From assembly GCA_963675245.1 (NCBI GenBank), contig OY775910.1, forward strand, positions 960,001 to 1,024,000: 64,000 nucleotides of DNA, read 5' to 3'. The stretch's first letter is position 1. Each line of letters opens with the position of its first letter. Shown here in pieces: positions 50,907 through 60,886 of the stretch. Source of the stretch: Acholeplasmataceae bacterium (GTDB lineage: Bacteria; Bacillota_I; Bacilli_A; Acholeplasmatales; Acholeplasmataceae). The notes under the pieces are model-generated. The model saw only the letters and a list, made by a program, of their open reading frames with translations, was not told the origin of the DNA and did not search any database. A program made the translations under genes and the position numbers.

Positions 50907-50973
50907 TAGTTAGAACACGTAGGGAATAAATCATCCTTTCAAAAAGAGGATGATTTATTCCTATGTGTAACTA
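50907..50973 (+). other. Long intercistronic hairpin without U tract
   Basis: GGAATAAATCATCCT/AGGATGATTTATTCC core extended by ACACGTAG/CTATGTGT and TAGTTA/TAACTA. Confidence 0.75.
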
Positions 50974-51058
50974 TAAAGACAAAAAAAGACAAATATTGCG
51001 TTTCTTGGTATAATGTCAATAAGCACAATATTAACTAGATTTAGATTGGAGTTATACT

Positions 51059-52186
51059 ATGTTAAGATATTTCCTAATGCGTCTCTTATGGGTGTTTATC
51101 ATCTTGTTTACAATCTTAACAATAACATTCTTATTTTTGAAAATTCAACCAGAGTTTCCACCAACAAAATATGATGAGAAAAAATCTTGGTTAGCCAGAC
51201 AGTGGACTGATGGCTATATGACAAGAATAGTTATTGATATTGATTATAAACCAACACCGGATTCGCTTCCATTAAACAGAAACACTCTAGCTGCTTTACA
51301 AGATGAATATGTAAACAATTCAGAATACTATACAATTTATACAGATCAAGATCCTAATAATCCGCAGCGCACACTGTGGGTCTTTGAACGTGTGCCAATT
51401 TCCCAGCAATATGGGACATGGCTAAACAAAGTTTTTACCGAGTTTGACTGGGGAACCTCCACGAGAATTCAAACAAATGTTGACGCGACCTACATTTTAA
51501 ATCGAACATTCAAATATACAATTGGTGTCAATTTAATCGTTTTACTATTACAAATTCCTATCGGATTAATTATTGGATCTGTAGCAGCCATTAGGAAAGA
51601 TAAATTATTTGATAATATAACGTCAGTTGTTATTATGGTATTTATTTCTTTACCTGCTTTTGTTGTTATTATGTTGTTAATGAAATGGTTTGGATCTGAC
51701 CTCGGATGGGTACCCTATCAGTGGCCACCAGATAACGATCCATTAGCGACAAGAATTTTAGGATATTTTATTCCGGTAATTTCACTTTCGTTAGGTGGTA
51801 TAGCTGGTCTTTCACGTCGTGTAAGAGCAGAACTAGCAGAAGGCTTAACGCAAGATTTCGTATTATTAGCAAGAACAAAAGGTCTCTCAAAGAGACAAGC
51901 TATTTTCAGACATGCTTTAAGAATGAGTTTGACACCAATTATTCCGGGTCTATTCTTTAGTTTCGTAACACTACTTGGTGGTGCTGGTATCACTGAAACT
52001 GTTTATGGTATTCCTGGTGCTGGTCGTATGTTTATTCAAGCGAGTTTAAGAGGTACACCTGATTATAACGTTATTATGTATGATACTGCATTCTTCGGCT
52101 TTATTGGCCTATTTACAAGCATTCTCATTGATATGTCTTACGGCTTAGTTGATCCGAGAATCAAGATGGGAGCGCGCAATGGATAA
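51059..52186 (+). CDS. oppB: Oligopeptide ABC permease
   Basis: DWGTS, ISLPAFV, DFVLLARTKGLS, ETVYGIPGAG, LVDPRIK. Confidence 0.92.
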   Translation: MLRYFLMRLLWVFIILFTILTITFLFLKIQPEFPPTKYDEKKSWLARQWTDGYMTRIVIDIDYKPTPDSLPLNRNTLAALQDEYVNNSEYYTIYTDQDPNNPQRTLWVFERVPISQQYGTWLNKVFTEFDWGTSTRIQTNVDATYILNRTFKYTIGVNLIVLLLQIPIGLIIGSVAAIRKDKLFDNITSVVIMVFISLPAFVVIMLLMKWFGSDLGWVPYQWPPDNDPLATRILGYFIPVISLSLGGIAGLSRRVRAELAEGLTQDFVLLARTKGLSKRQAIFRHALRMSLTPIIPGLFFSFVTLLGGAGITETVYGIPGAGRMFIQASLRGTPDYNVIMYDTAFFGFIGLFTSILIDMSYGLVDPRIKMGARNG

Positions 52187-54125
52187 TAAACATATAGATA
52201 AAAATAAATTTGAATATGTAAAAGTCGATCAAAAGATTTTCGATACTAAATTCGAAGGCAAACCACGTTCGTTTTTGAGCGACGCTATGGTCCGTTTTGG
52301 TAAAAACAAGTTAAATGTTATTGCCACAACAATCGTTGTTATGGTTATCTTCTTATCCATTTTTGTACCAATTTTGACACCGAAGGATTATTTATCAGCT
52401 AATCTCGCTAACACTAAATTTTTACCACCAAGAGTTCCATTACTTGAAAATATGGGTATCCTTGACGGTACGATTAACGTTGTTAATTACGAGGCTGACT
52501 TAGAAAATTACATGCTCATAGATGAAACATTGGGTGATGTAGATGGTAATCGTTTGTATTTTCCAAAGAGTGACCAATACAACCCATTTTCTAATGAGTT
52601 TGTCAAATTAGATACACTCACTAATCTTCAGATTATTGGTGGTAATAAATCACCATCTTATGTTGGTGGGACCAATGATATTCTTTTAAGAAATCAAACG
52701 ACACATATGATTGGTTATATAGAAAACGCAGTTTATCTAAATTCTACGTTGACTTTTGATATTAATTCCATATCAGAAGGTAGTTATCTTGAAGTTATGG
52801 TTAGACCAAACAATATTGAAGAACTATTACCAGATGGTGTGACAATTACAGATTTAGAAAGCATGGATTATTATGTTTCTCTTGGTACAATCGACACTGC
52901 TGGTGTACATGAAATCACAAGCAATTTCGCTGTACAAGGCGCTTTGATGCTTGTCTATAGAGGAGAAGAAACTGGTAAAACACTTTCTATTAACTCTATT
53001 GGTGCTGAGCTATCTATTGGTGAAAGTTATTATTTTGAAGGGTATGAATTATCAGAATGGCCTTCAATTACAATGGAAACTTTTGGTGGTTCATGGATTA
53101 GAAGTAATGCAATTTACACAGTTACTTCATTTACTTATTATAAGTATAATGATATTTTTGCTGATCGTGAATCAACTATGGCAAACGAAGATTATGATGC
53201 TTTGTTAGCAGCAAATCCAGGTATGGCTGAATCAATCGTATACAACAATCCAGATAACCCTCTTGAAGGCTGGACTTTTGGCGAAGGATATCCGCTTGTT
53301 GCAGTTGTTTCTCAATCAACTCCACAGGTAGGACCTGATGGTGTCGAATATTTCTCATATCGTGTACTTAACAACGGTCTTATTTCTGCTGGTTTTGATC
53401 AATTACCATATTTTATCTTTGGTACAGATGGTAAAGGTAGAGACTTGTTTGCAGAAGTATGGTTATCACTTCGTACATCATTATTATTAGGTATTATTGT
53501 TTCCGTGATTAACATCATTATTGGTGTTATATGGGGATCTATTTCTGGCTACTATGGTGGTTGGATTGATTTCGGTATGGAAAGATTTGTCGAAGTACTT
53601 GCGTCATTCCCTGGTCTGACCGTTCTGGCCATACTGTATTTAGAATTTGGTGGCGGGTTCGCATTACTCCTTATTTATCTCACCTATTCTGGTTGGATAG
53701 GCGTCGCTAGGTTGACGCGTGTTCAGTTCTACAGGTATCGTGGACGAGAATATGTATTAGCATCTAGAACATTAGGTGCTGGTAATGCTAGACTTATTTT
53801 CAAACATATCCTACCAAATGGTATTGGCTATATTATTACATCAGTTGTCTTATCAGTACCAGCAATGATTCTAACAGAAGCATCACTATCATATCTTGGA
53901 TATGGTCTTGGTGAAGGTGCTGTATTAGACTTTGGTATATTCCAATTAAGTGGGTTATCATTAGGTATTATCCTTTATAATGGTCAATTAAATATGACCG
54001 CTCCTGGTCGATTCTACTTAGTTTTAATTCCAGCTATTATAATCATTATCATCATGATCGCATTTAACCTATTTGGTAATGCATTACGTGATGCAATGAA
54101 TCCATCATTAAGGGGGCAAGAATAA
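52179..54125 (+). CDS. oppC: Oligopeptide ABC permease with large extracellular insertion
   Basis: FGTDGKGRDLF, REYVLASRTLGA, HILPN, EASLSYLG, GNALRDAMNP. Confidence 0.92.
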   Translation: MDNKHIDKNKFEYVKVDQKIFDTKFEGKPRSFLSDAMVRFGKNKLNVIATTIVVMVIFLSIFVPILTPKDYLSANLANTKFLPPRVPLLENMGILDGTINVVNYEADLENYMLIDETLGDVDGNRLYFPKSDQYNPFSNEFVKLDTLTNLQIIGGNKSPSYVGGTNDILLRNQTTHMIGYIENAVYLNSTLTFDINSISEGSYLEVMVRPNNIEELLPDGVTITDLESMDYYVSLGTIDTAGVHEITSNFAVQGALMLVYRGEETGKTLSINSIGAELSIGESYYFEGYELSEWPSITMETFGGSWIRSNAIYTVTSFTYYKYNDIFADRESTMANEDYDALLAANPGMAESIVYNNPDNPLEGWTFGEGYPLVAVVSQSTPQVGPDGVEYFSYRVLNNGLISAGFDQLPYFIFGTDGKGRDLFAEVWLSLRTSLLLGIIVSVINIIIGVIWGSISGYYGGWIDFGMERFVEVLASFPGLTVLAILYLEFGGGFALLLIYLTYSGWIGVARLTRVQFYRYRGREYVLASRTLGAGNARLIFKHILPNGIGYIITSVVLSVPAMILTEASLSYLGYGLGEGAVLDFGIFQLSGLSLGIILYNGQLNMTAPGRFYLVLIPAIIIIIIMIAFNLFGNALRDAMNPSLRGQE

Positions 54126-55528
54126 TGAATAAAGAAAAAGTTATTCAAGTAAAAGATCTTGCCGTATCTTTTAGAACTAATCAAGGGCTTGTACATGCTG
54201 TTAGAGGTGTATCATTTGAGCTCTATAAAGGCGAAACATTAGCAATCGTTGGTGAATCTGGTAGTGGTAAATCAGTATCTTCTCGTTCTATTATGGGTAT
54301 TTTGGCTGGTAATGCGATTGTTGAAGGTGGCACGATCATTTATAAAAACCAAGATTTATTAAAGATTGAAGAAGAAGATTTCCACAAAATTCGTGGTAAT
54401 CAAATTGGTATGATCTTCCAGGATCCAACATCATCACTTAATCCAATTATGCGTGTCGGACATCAAATCACAGAAGCGATGATCTTAAACGGTAAACATA
54501 AGAAGAATAAACAAAAAGATCTTTATCATGATGCTGAAGTTTCATTGATTAATGCGAATGTCAAATATCGAGATATTCTGGATAATGAAAACCTGGATAG
54601 ACTAGAAAAAAATAATCTTTTAAAACAACAAAAAGCTGTCATTAAAGAAGCTAAAAAAGCGTTAAAGATTAGTAAAAAAGAAGCGAAAGCTAAAATTGAA
54701 GAAGAGTATGTTGCTTATAAAGAAAAATACAAAAATGATCGCAGAGAACTTATTAAGAACCATTCTTCAGGCTCAAAAGAAAACTTATTAAAAGAACTTG
54801 CAGATTTAAAAGATCAATATGAAAGAAAAATAAGAGTCACTAAAAGAGAAGCACGTGAAGAAGCTTACAAGATTATGACTGAGGTTGGTATTCCTGAACC
54901 TGAAAAACGGTTCAATATGTATCCTTTCCAATTTTCTGGTGGTATGAAACAAAGAATCGTTATCGCGATTGCGTTAATGGCTAAACCAGAAATTCTAATT
55001 TGTGATGAACCAACAACTGCACTTGACGTGACTATTCAAGAACAAATTCTTAAATTGATTAAACGCATTAAACGCGACAGAAACTTAAGTGTTATTTTCA
55101 TTACGCATAATCTAGGTGTTGTTGCGAATGTAGCAGACCGTGTGGCAGTGATGTATGCTGGTAAAATCGTTGAGTATGGCACATTGGATGATATCTTCTA
55201 TGATCCAAGACACCCATATACATGGGCACTCATGAGTTCTATGCCAGATATTAACAGTAAAGAAAAGCTCCAGACGATTTCTGGAACGCCACCAAACATG
55301 CTTTATCCACCTGTGGGTGATGCATTTGCTCAGAGAAATCCATATGCTATGCATATTGACTTTGAAGAACAACCACCGGTATTCCAAATCTCTGATTCAC
55401 ACTTTGCAGCAACTTGGCTGCTTCATCCAGATGCACCTAAAACAGAATTGCCTCAAACAATCAAAGATCGTATTCTTGCGATGAAGGAAGAGGTCAAAAA
55501 GCTAGGAGGTAAAGACAATGCAAGATGA
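54125..55528 (+). CDS. oppD: Oligopeptide ABC ATPase with coiled-coil insert
   Basis: GESGSGKS, IFQDPTSSLNP, YPFQFSGGMKQR, HPYTWAL. Confidence 0.94.
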   Translation: MNKEKVIQVKDLAVSFRTNQGLVHAVRGVSFELYKGETLAIVGESGSGKSVSSRSIMGILAGNAIVEGGTIIYKNQDLLKIEEEDFHKIRGNQIGMIFQDPTSSLNPIMRVGHQITEAMILNGKHKKNKQKDLYHDAEVSLINANVKYRDILDNENLDRLEKNNLLKQQKAVIKEAKKALKISKKEAKAKIEEEYVAYKEKYKNDRRELIKNHSSGSKENLLKELADLKDQYERKIRVTKREAREEAYKIMTEVGIPEPEKRFNMYPFQFSGGMKQRIVIAIALMAKPEILICDEPTTALDVTIQEQILKLIKRIKRDRNLSVIFITHNLGVVANVADRVAVMYAGKIVEYGTLDDIFYDPRHPYTWALMSSMPDINSKEKLQTISGTPPNMLYPPVGDAFAQRNPYAMHIDFEEQPPVFQISDSHFAATWLLHPDAPKTELPQTIKDRILAMKEEVKKLGGKDNAR

Positions 55529-56930
55529 CATCATTTTAAAGGTCGAGAACCTCAAACAGCATTTTAAAACTGGACATGGTAAATATAAGATTTACAATAA
55601 AGCAGTCGACGGTGTTTCGTTTGAAATTAAAAAAGGTGAAGTATTCAGTTTAGTTGGTGAATCCGGTTGTGGCAAAACGACGACTGGACGTACGATTATT
55701 AAGATTTATAAACCAACTGATGGCTCTGTTCATTTATTAGGTGAACGAATTGTAGCTGGTACTTTAGGTTACAAACAAGAAATTAATAAAATTAAAGCTG
55801 AAGTAAAACAAAAAGTAGCTGCATTAAAAGCATCTCATGTTGCAGATGCAAGCGAACAAATTAAAGCTTTAAACGATGAGAAAAAAGAAAAAATCAAAGC
55901 TTTAAAAGTTGAAATTAAGCAAGCTAAAATTGACCAAAAAGCGAAGTACAAACCAGATCCTGTCGAATATGCAAATGTAAAAGCAAAAGCACAAAGAGAA
56001 GTTGCTAAATTACGTCAACAAATCGTAGAAGCAAATAAAGAGTTTGCTCTATTTAAAGCAACCGCCTTCAAAGAAAGTGATAGCTTACCAGCTGGCACGC
56101 CTAAAGAAGAACGTGATGAAGTTCATGCAAAAGAACTTGCTGAATATCGCAAGCGTCGTGCTGATAAACAAGCATTGGTTAATAAGCTTTCAGATGAAGC
56201 TGTAAAAACATCTTTATCACCTAAATTCTTTAATCGTCCACTTCTTAATAAGATGCAGATGATTTTCCAAGATCCAATTGATTCATTGGATCCAAGAATG
56301 AGCGTTAAAGACATTATTGCAGAAAGCTTGTATATTAACGGTATCAAGAACGATAAGGTCGTTTTAGACCGTGTATACGATGTTCTAAAGCTTGTTGGGT
56401 TGCAACCAGACCACGCAGACCACTATCCTCATGAATTTTCTGGTGGACAACGTCAACGTATTGGTATTGCGCGTGCAATTATCTCTGAACCACAACTTAT
56501 TATCGCTGATGAACCTATTTCTGCTTTGGACGTATCCATTCAAGCACAGGTTATCAACTTATTAAATGAATTACGTATTAAATTAGGATTAACACTACTA
56601 TTTATCGCGCATGACCTTTCAGTTGTTAAATTCTTAAGTGATCGTATTGGTATTATGTATTTCGGTCATATCGTTGAAATGGGTGATAAGGATAAAGTCT
56701 TTAACAATCCATTACATCCATATACGCTATCTCTGATTTCATCTATTCCGATGCCTGACCCTAACTATGAAAGATTGCGTCAAGATACAGGTAGATATGA
56801 TCCACGTGTCCATGATTATTCTGTTCAAGGACCTACGATGCGCGAAATTGAACCAGATCACTTTGTACTAGCAAACGATGAAGAGTTCGAAAAGTATCAA
56901 AAAATTATCGCAGGTAACAAAAAGAAATAA
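55518..56930 (+). CDS. oppF: Oligopeptide ABC ATPase with coiled-coil insert
   Basis: GESGCGKTT, YPHEFSGGQRQR, DEPISALDVSIQAQ, HPYT. Confidence 0.94.
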   Translation: MQDDIILKVENLKQHFKTGHGKYKIYNKAVDGVSFEIKKGEVFSLVGESGCGKTTTGRTIIKIYKPTDGSVHLLGERIVAGTLGYKQEINKIKAEVKQKVAALKASHVADASEQIKALNDEKKEKIKALKVEIKQAKIDQKAKYKPDPVEYANVKAKAQREVAKLRQQIVEANKEFALFKATAFKESDSLPAGTPKEERDEVHAKELAEYRKRRADKQALVNKLSDEAVKTSLSPKFFNRPLLNKMQMIFQDPIDSLDPRMSVKDIIAESLYINGIKNDKVVLDRVYDVLKLVGLQPDHADHYPHEFSGGQRQRIGIARAIISEPQLIIADEPISALDVSIQAQVINLLNELRIKLGLTLLFIAHDLSVVKFLSDRIGIMYFGHIVEMGDKDKVFNNPLHPYTLSLISSIPMPDPNYERLRQDTGRYDPRVHDYSVQGPTMREIEPDHFVLANDEEFEKYQKIIAGNKKK

Positions 56931-57355
56931 TGAATGATCAAGAACAACACGTATCAAATAAATTAACCAATAAGCAAATAGCCATTAGAGCAGCCATTAG
57001 TTTTGCTGCTTTAGGCCTTATTTCACTCATAGTCCTGTGGTCTGTCTATGACTTTGAATGGTCACTTGATACGGTTAGTAATAGTGTGTTTATCGTTAAT
57101 GTACCAGTATTTTTAGTTGCTGTGGTCATGCAAACTGGTGCAACTAGAGTGACGATTGGAATGACGTATGCAACACGTATGTTCTTCACGTATCGCAAGA
57201 TGAAAGAAGAGTATGATGGTTATGGTGAATATTATGATGAAAAATCACCTGGTCATACGAAAAATATGGTTTATATCATGATTGCAGCTGGATTATGGAT
57301 TGCTATTGCATTTATCTTGTCTGCTCAGTATTTAGCTGATACACCTAACTTTTAA
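56930..57355 (+). CDS. Small membrane protein (DUF3899-like)
   Basis: Three TM segments; TAATG-coupled to oppF, the usual position of this family. Confidence 0.6.
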   Translation: MNDQEQHVSNKLTNKQIAIRAAISFAALGLISLIVLWSVYDFEWSLDTVSNSVFIVNVPVFLVAVVMQTGATRVTIGMTYATRMFFTYRKMKEEYDGYGEYYDEKSPGHTKNMVYIMIAAGLWIAIAFILSAQYLADTPNF

Positions 57356-57382
57356 TAAAAAAAGGAGCAAGAGATTTTCATC

Positions 57383-58150
57383 TCAAGCTCTTTTTTTATG
57401 CTTTTGTTTAGTGGGTTTTTCGAGTTTTGGATTACCGGTTAACTCGAAGATCAGATCAACTGCTTCTTGATAGTTCCTATTCGGTACATATTGTTTACTA
57501 TAAAGGAAATAAGCAAGATGGTCTGACAAACAAAGCCCAACATTAATTTGTGTGAACGTTTGTCTAGAAATCGTGTAAGATACAACTTCGCCGATTGCTT
57601 TCAAATCATCTTCTGTCATATCTTGATATTCCTTGAACGCGACAATCGCATATTTATTAGGAATTTCCTTTTTACTAAAAATGGTTTGTAATTTGGCGAT
57701 ATCATCATGAAGTCGCTTATCGAAAAAATCCAACGTTGATGTCGTAATAATAATGACAATCTTTAAATGATATCTTTTTCTGACGTTAGGCGTCTTATCT
57801 TGATAGTGATTATAGTATAAACGATAATTGCTTGTTGCAGTATAGAGGGTGTACTCTTTATTAAGAGGAGCTGGTTCTCTGACGATATTCTTTGTAAAAT
57901 GAATAGGGTCAGACTGCTTTCTCACAACCATCGCGATTCTCACTAGGTTATTATAACCAAGTAACGTAGATCTAAACGCCAATGTGACTAAAGCAAAGAT
58001 AAACACCAATATAATATTAATAAGTGACATGGTGTTATAATCTTCAATGTTTCTAAAAACGAGAATGATAGCAGTTGAGAATATCGCAACCACAATCAGA
58101 AAAAATATTAAGACAATGTTTCTTTTTTTAATAATTTGATTTGAATTCAA
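57383..58150 (-). CDS. Hypothetical membrane-anchored protein
   Basis: GAAAGGT SD, TTG start, two N-terminal TMs. Confidence 0.75.
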   Translation of the reverse strand: MNSNQIIKKRNIVLIFFLIVVAIFSTAIILVFRNIEDYNTMSLINIILVFIFALVTLAFRSTLLGYNNLVRIAMVVRKQSDPIHFTKNIVREPAPLNKEYTLYTATSNYRLYYNHYQDKTPNVRKRYHLKIVIIITTSTLDFFDKRLHDDIAKLQTIFSKKEIPNKYAIVAFKEYQDMTEDDLKAIGEVVSYTISRQTFTQINVGLCLSDHLAYFLYSKQYVPNRNYQEAVDLIFELTGNPKLEKPTKQKHKKRA

Positions 58151-58170
58151 AATAATCTAACCTTTCAAAG

Positions 58171-60477
58171 TTAGTCTCCGTTTAACACACCAGCTAATGT
58201 GTCATTGTCAAATAAATCGGAAACTAGAATTTCGTGATCAGGAGCTACACCGAATTCATTGACTGTGTATGTACCATCTGATTCGCGTAATGCGTTTAAG
58301 CTGTTACTACTCATCGTGAAGAATGTGCCATCTGGCAATAGAATTGGTGTAATAGAAGCAGCACCGCCACCTGTTGTACGACCTATTATAACACCTAACT
58401 CGTTTTGTTTAAAGATAGTGACGAGTTCATTAGCAGCAGAATAAGTAACTCTACTTGTAAGTAAGAACCAATTAAACTCTGTATAAGAGTCATAACTTGT
58501 AGTGATATATGTTGTTGAATAGTAGTCTGTATCACGATCGTAACCAGATACAGCAAATGGTTGATCAGTAATGAGACCTACAATACGATATAAAGCACCA
58601 ACATTACCACCACCATTAAATGTGAGGTCTAAACCAACGTTTGTAACGCTAGCATGATTTTGTTTGATTTCAAGTAACATTGTTTCCAAATATACTGCTG
58701 AATCAGAATCAATTAATCCACGAATATCGCCTTTGATTTTCCATGCCGCATCATATGTAGAAGGAAGAGTTGTTGTTAAACCAATATAAGCTGTATTATA
58801 TGTGGCATTATACGAGATAGAAACCATATAATCTATGTCATTTATAGTCTTAGTAAAATAACCGTTTTTGTGGTAATCAGTTGGTGTATCTTGATATACA
58901 TATGTCCAATCATCATTAATTAAAGAAATGGTATAAGTTGAAACAAATGTGTTTGTTAAGCCCCAAATAAGTGTTTCGGAAGCATCATCTTTATCATCTG
59001 ATTGATTGTAAACAAAATAACGCGAACCGTTATCGACAACAGGCAAAATATTAGTTTCATCAAATATAGATTGATAGGCTTCATCACTCCAAGTGAGTGT
59101 TTCTTCAATGTCTGATGTGACGAATCCATCAAACGAAATGACAGCTGAACTATCATCAATTAACCAATAATCAGGGCGACTCGAATGGGAATAAGACCAA
59201 CTTGTATATGAATCTGGTACGTTCCATTTGTCAGCGATTGCTTCATCAACTGCTAAGTAACCTTCTCTATAAAAATCATTAAAGCGTTCACCATAATTTG
59301 CAAGTGCATTCGTCGGTGGGTTATATGAAGTAGATGCATAATATCCTGAGAAACCATAAGATGTATGTGGATCATCTATGACTTTTAATAAGACATCAGC
59401 AATTGCTTGTGAAACGACTTCATAATCACTTGAAAGAAGATCTAATCGATAATCAACTAATACATCATAATATGAATCAACTTCAGCGATATCTTTTAAA
59501 CCATAGAAGTAATCTAGGTCAAAAGCGAACATATCATAACTGTGTTGCAACACATCTGATGGTGGAGTGGTTGAATTTAAGGAAGAACGACGGATCTTCA
59601 TGTAATCGAGTGATCCTGCTGAAATAGTACCATAAATACCACTTAAATCTTCACCATTGAAATAAACATTGTAATAACTTGATCCTGCAAATAATTGGTT
59701 AACAAGGTAGAATGGTGCGACCACACCACCATCGTAATAAGCTAAATCAAGATTATAGAGGTTTAAGTTATAAATAACATCCTCTTCTCCACCGATTTCT
59801 TCATTGTTTTCATCATCGTATAAATATTCAATATTTCTACCATAATTTGTTTCTGTTGAATAAATATAAGCCCAATAAAAACCTGGATCATTGGTTGTGA
59901 TAAGGTTCGTTTCTACATCAAATCTATTTTCTAGGTCATAGGTTGTATCTGAATCTTCATCATAATATTGATAAAATAGGGTGATACCTGTCTCATCTTC
60001 AGTAATGGTGAATTCGACTTCAGGATCAATAAATCCAGTGAGTAAATCAAAAAAGTCTGTCAATTTAACATAAGGAACATGTCCGTTTGCTGTGTAATAT
60101 AAATCTACAGATCCATCTTCAACATCAAACTCTGTCGTTAGATTAGTAAAATCATATGTAGTTGATCTTGATAAGACAACATCACTTGTTGACCAAAGTG
60201 CTGTTAATTTGATATCAGCAATCACTGGTGTTGAAAAATCATATGGTACATTGACATTGTCTAAATACCAATAACGAAAAACATAGTTAGATCTTGTCGG
60301 ATCTTCAGGTGCGACAGCTGTTTGGTTCGCTACAACTGATTGAGCGTCAACTGTACTTCCACCCGCAGAAGCATATGTTACTTCAAATGTTGATTCTTCA
60401 GGTTCAACTTCTCCTTGACAAGCAAATAAAGTAAAAGATACTGTGAATAAAAGAATGATTAGTAAATATTTTTTCAT
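58171..60477 (-). CDS. S41-family peptidase lipoprotein with InlB B-repeat
   Basis: LFAC lipobox; B-repeat (PEDPTRSNYVFRYWY..YDFSTPVIADIKLTALW); DPHT, DLTFNGGG, TYSAAN, IIGRTTGGGA, GVAPD. Confidence 0.85.
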   Translation of the reverse strand: MKKYLLIILLFTVSFTLFACQGEVEPEESTFEVTYASAGGSTVDAQSVVANQTAVAPEDPTRSNYVFRYWYLDNVNVPYDFSTPVIADIKLTALWSTSDVVLSRSTTYDFTNLTTEFDVEDGSVDLYYTANGHVPYVKLTDFFDLLTGFIDPEVEFTITEDETGITLFYQYYDEDSDTTYDLENRFDVETNLITTNDPGFYWAYIYSTETNYGRNIEYLYDDENNEEIGGEEDVIYNLNLYNLDLAYYDGGVVAPFYLVNQLFAGSSYYNVYFNGEDLSGIYGTISAGSLDYMKIRRSSLNSTTPPSDVLQHSYDMFAFDLDYFYGLKDIAEVDSYYDVLVDYRLDLLSSDYEVVSQAIADVLLKVIDDPHTSYGFSGYYASTSYNPPTNALANYGERFNDFYREGYLAVDEAIADKWNVPDSYTSWSYSHSSRPDYWLIDDSSAVISFDGFVTSDIEETLTWSDEAYQSIFDETNILPVVDNGSRYFVYNQSDDKDDASETLIWGLTNTFVSTYTISLINDDWTYVYQDTPTDYHKNGYFTKTINDIDYMVSISYNATYNTAYIGLTTTLPSTYDAAWKIKGDIRGLIDSDSAVYLETMLLEIKQNHASVTNVGLDLTFNGGGNVGALYRIVGLITDQPFAVSGYDRDTDYYSTTYITTSYDSYTEFNWFLLTSRVTYSAANELVTIFKQNELGVIIGRTTGGGAASITPILLPDGTFFTMSSNSLNALRESDGTYTVNEFGVAPDHEILVSDLFDNDTLAGVLNGD

Positions 60478-60576
60478 AAAGAGTCCTCCCGGTGTTTTAT
60501 TATGTCAATTATAGCATAATTGATGATAAAAAGTCGTATTAATAAAGCAGACATATAATAGAAAGCGTTTTTTAAT

Positions 60577-60730
60577 AAAAAAAGACCTCAATTAAGAGGT
60601 CGCTTTAAGGGAGTTACCTTGTTTCGTTAGTCTAGGATGGCGTTTAGACCAACATGCGTAAGGTTAACGCTATTGGGAGAAAAATACATAAAAGGTGTAA
60701 TGCGAATGACTAAAAGGTTTCGCGATTACA
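60577..60730 (-). ncRNA. Candidate stand-alone ~150-nt sRNA with C-rich single-stranded motifs
   Basis: Minus-strand TATAAT at 60736-60741, two hairpins, terminator GACCTC/GAGGTC+T7 at 60577-60601. Confidence 0.6.
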
Positions 60731-60886
60731 GAAGTATTATACAATATATTTATGAAAGTTTGTGAAAAGTTACATCACTTTTTCATTGAAAACGTTTCCC
60801 TTGTTTTTCATCCTTTATTTAGTGTTTCAATAGCAATATATAACGTATTATTATATAATAGTTATGGTAATTTTAAGGAGGAAGAC

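Noticed and set aside
54480..56240. Lys/Glu-rich inserts in OppD/OppF as inteins or a novelty
   Set aside because: No intein splice motifs; coiled-coil inserts in Opp ATPases are familiar in mollicutes.
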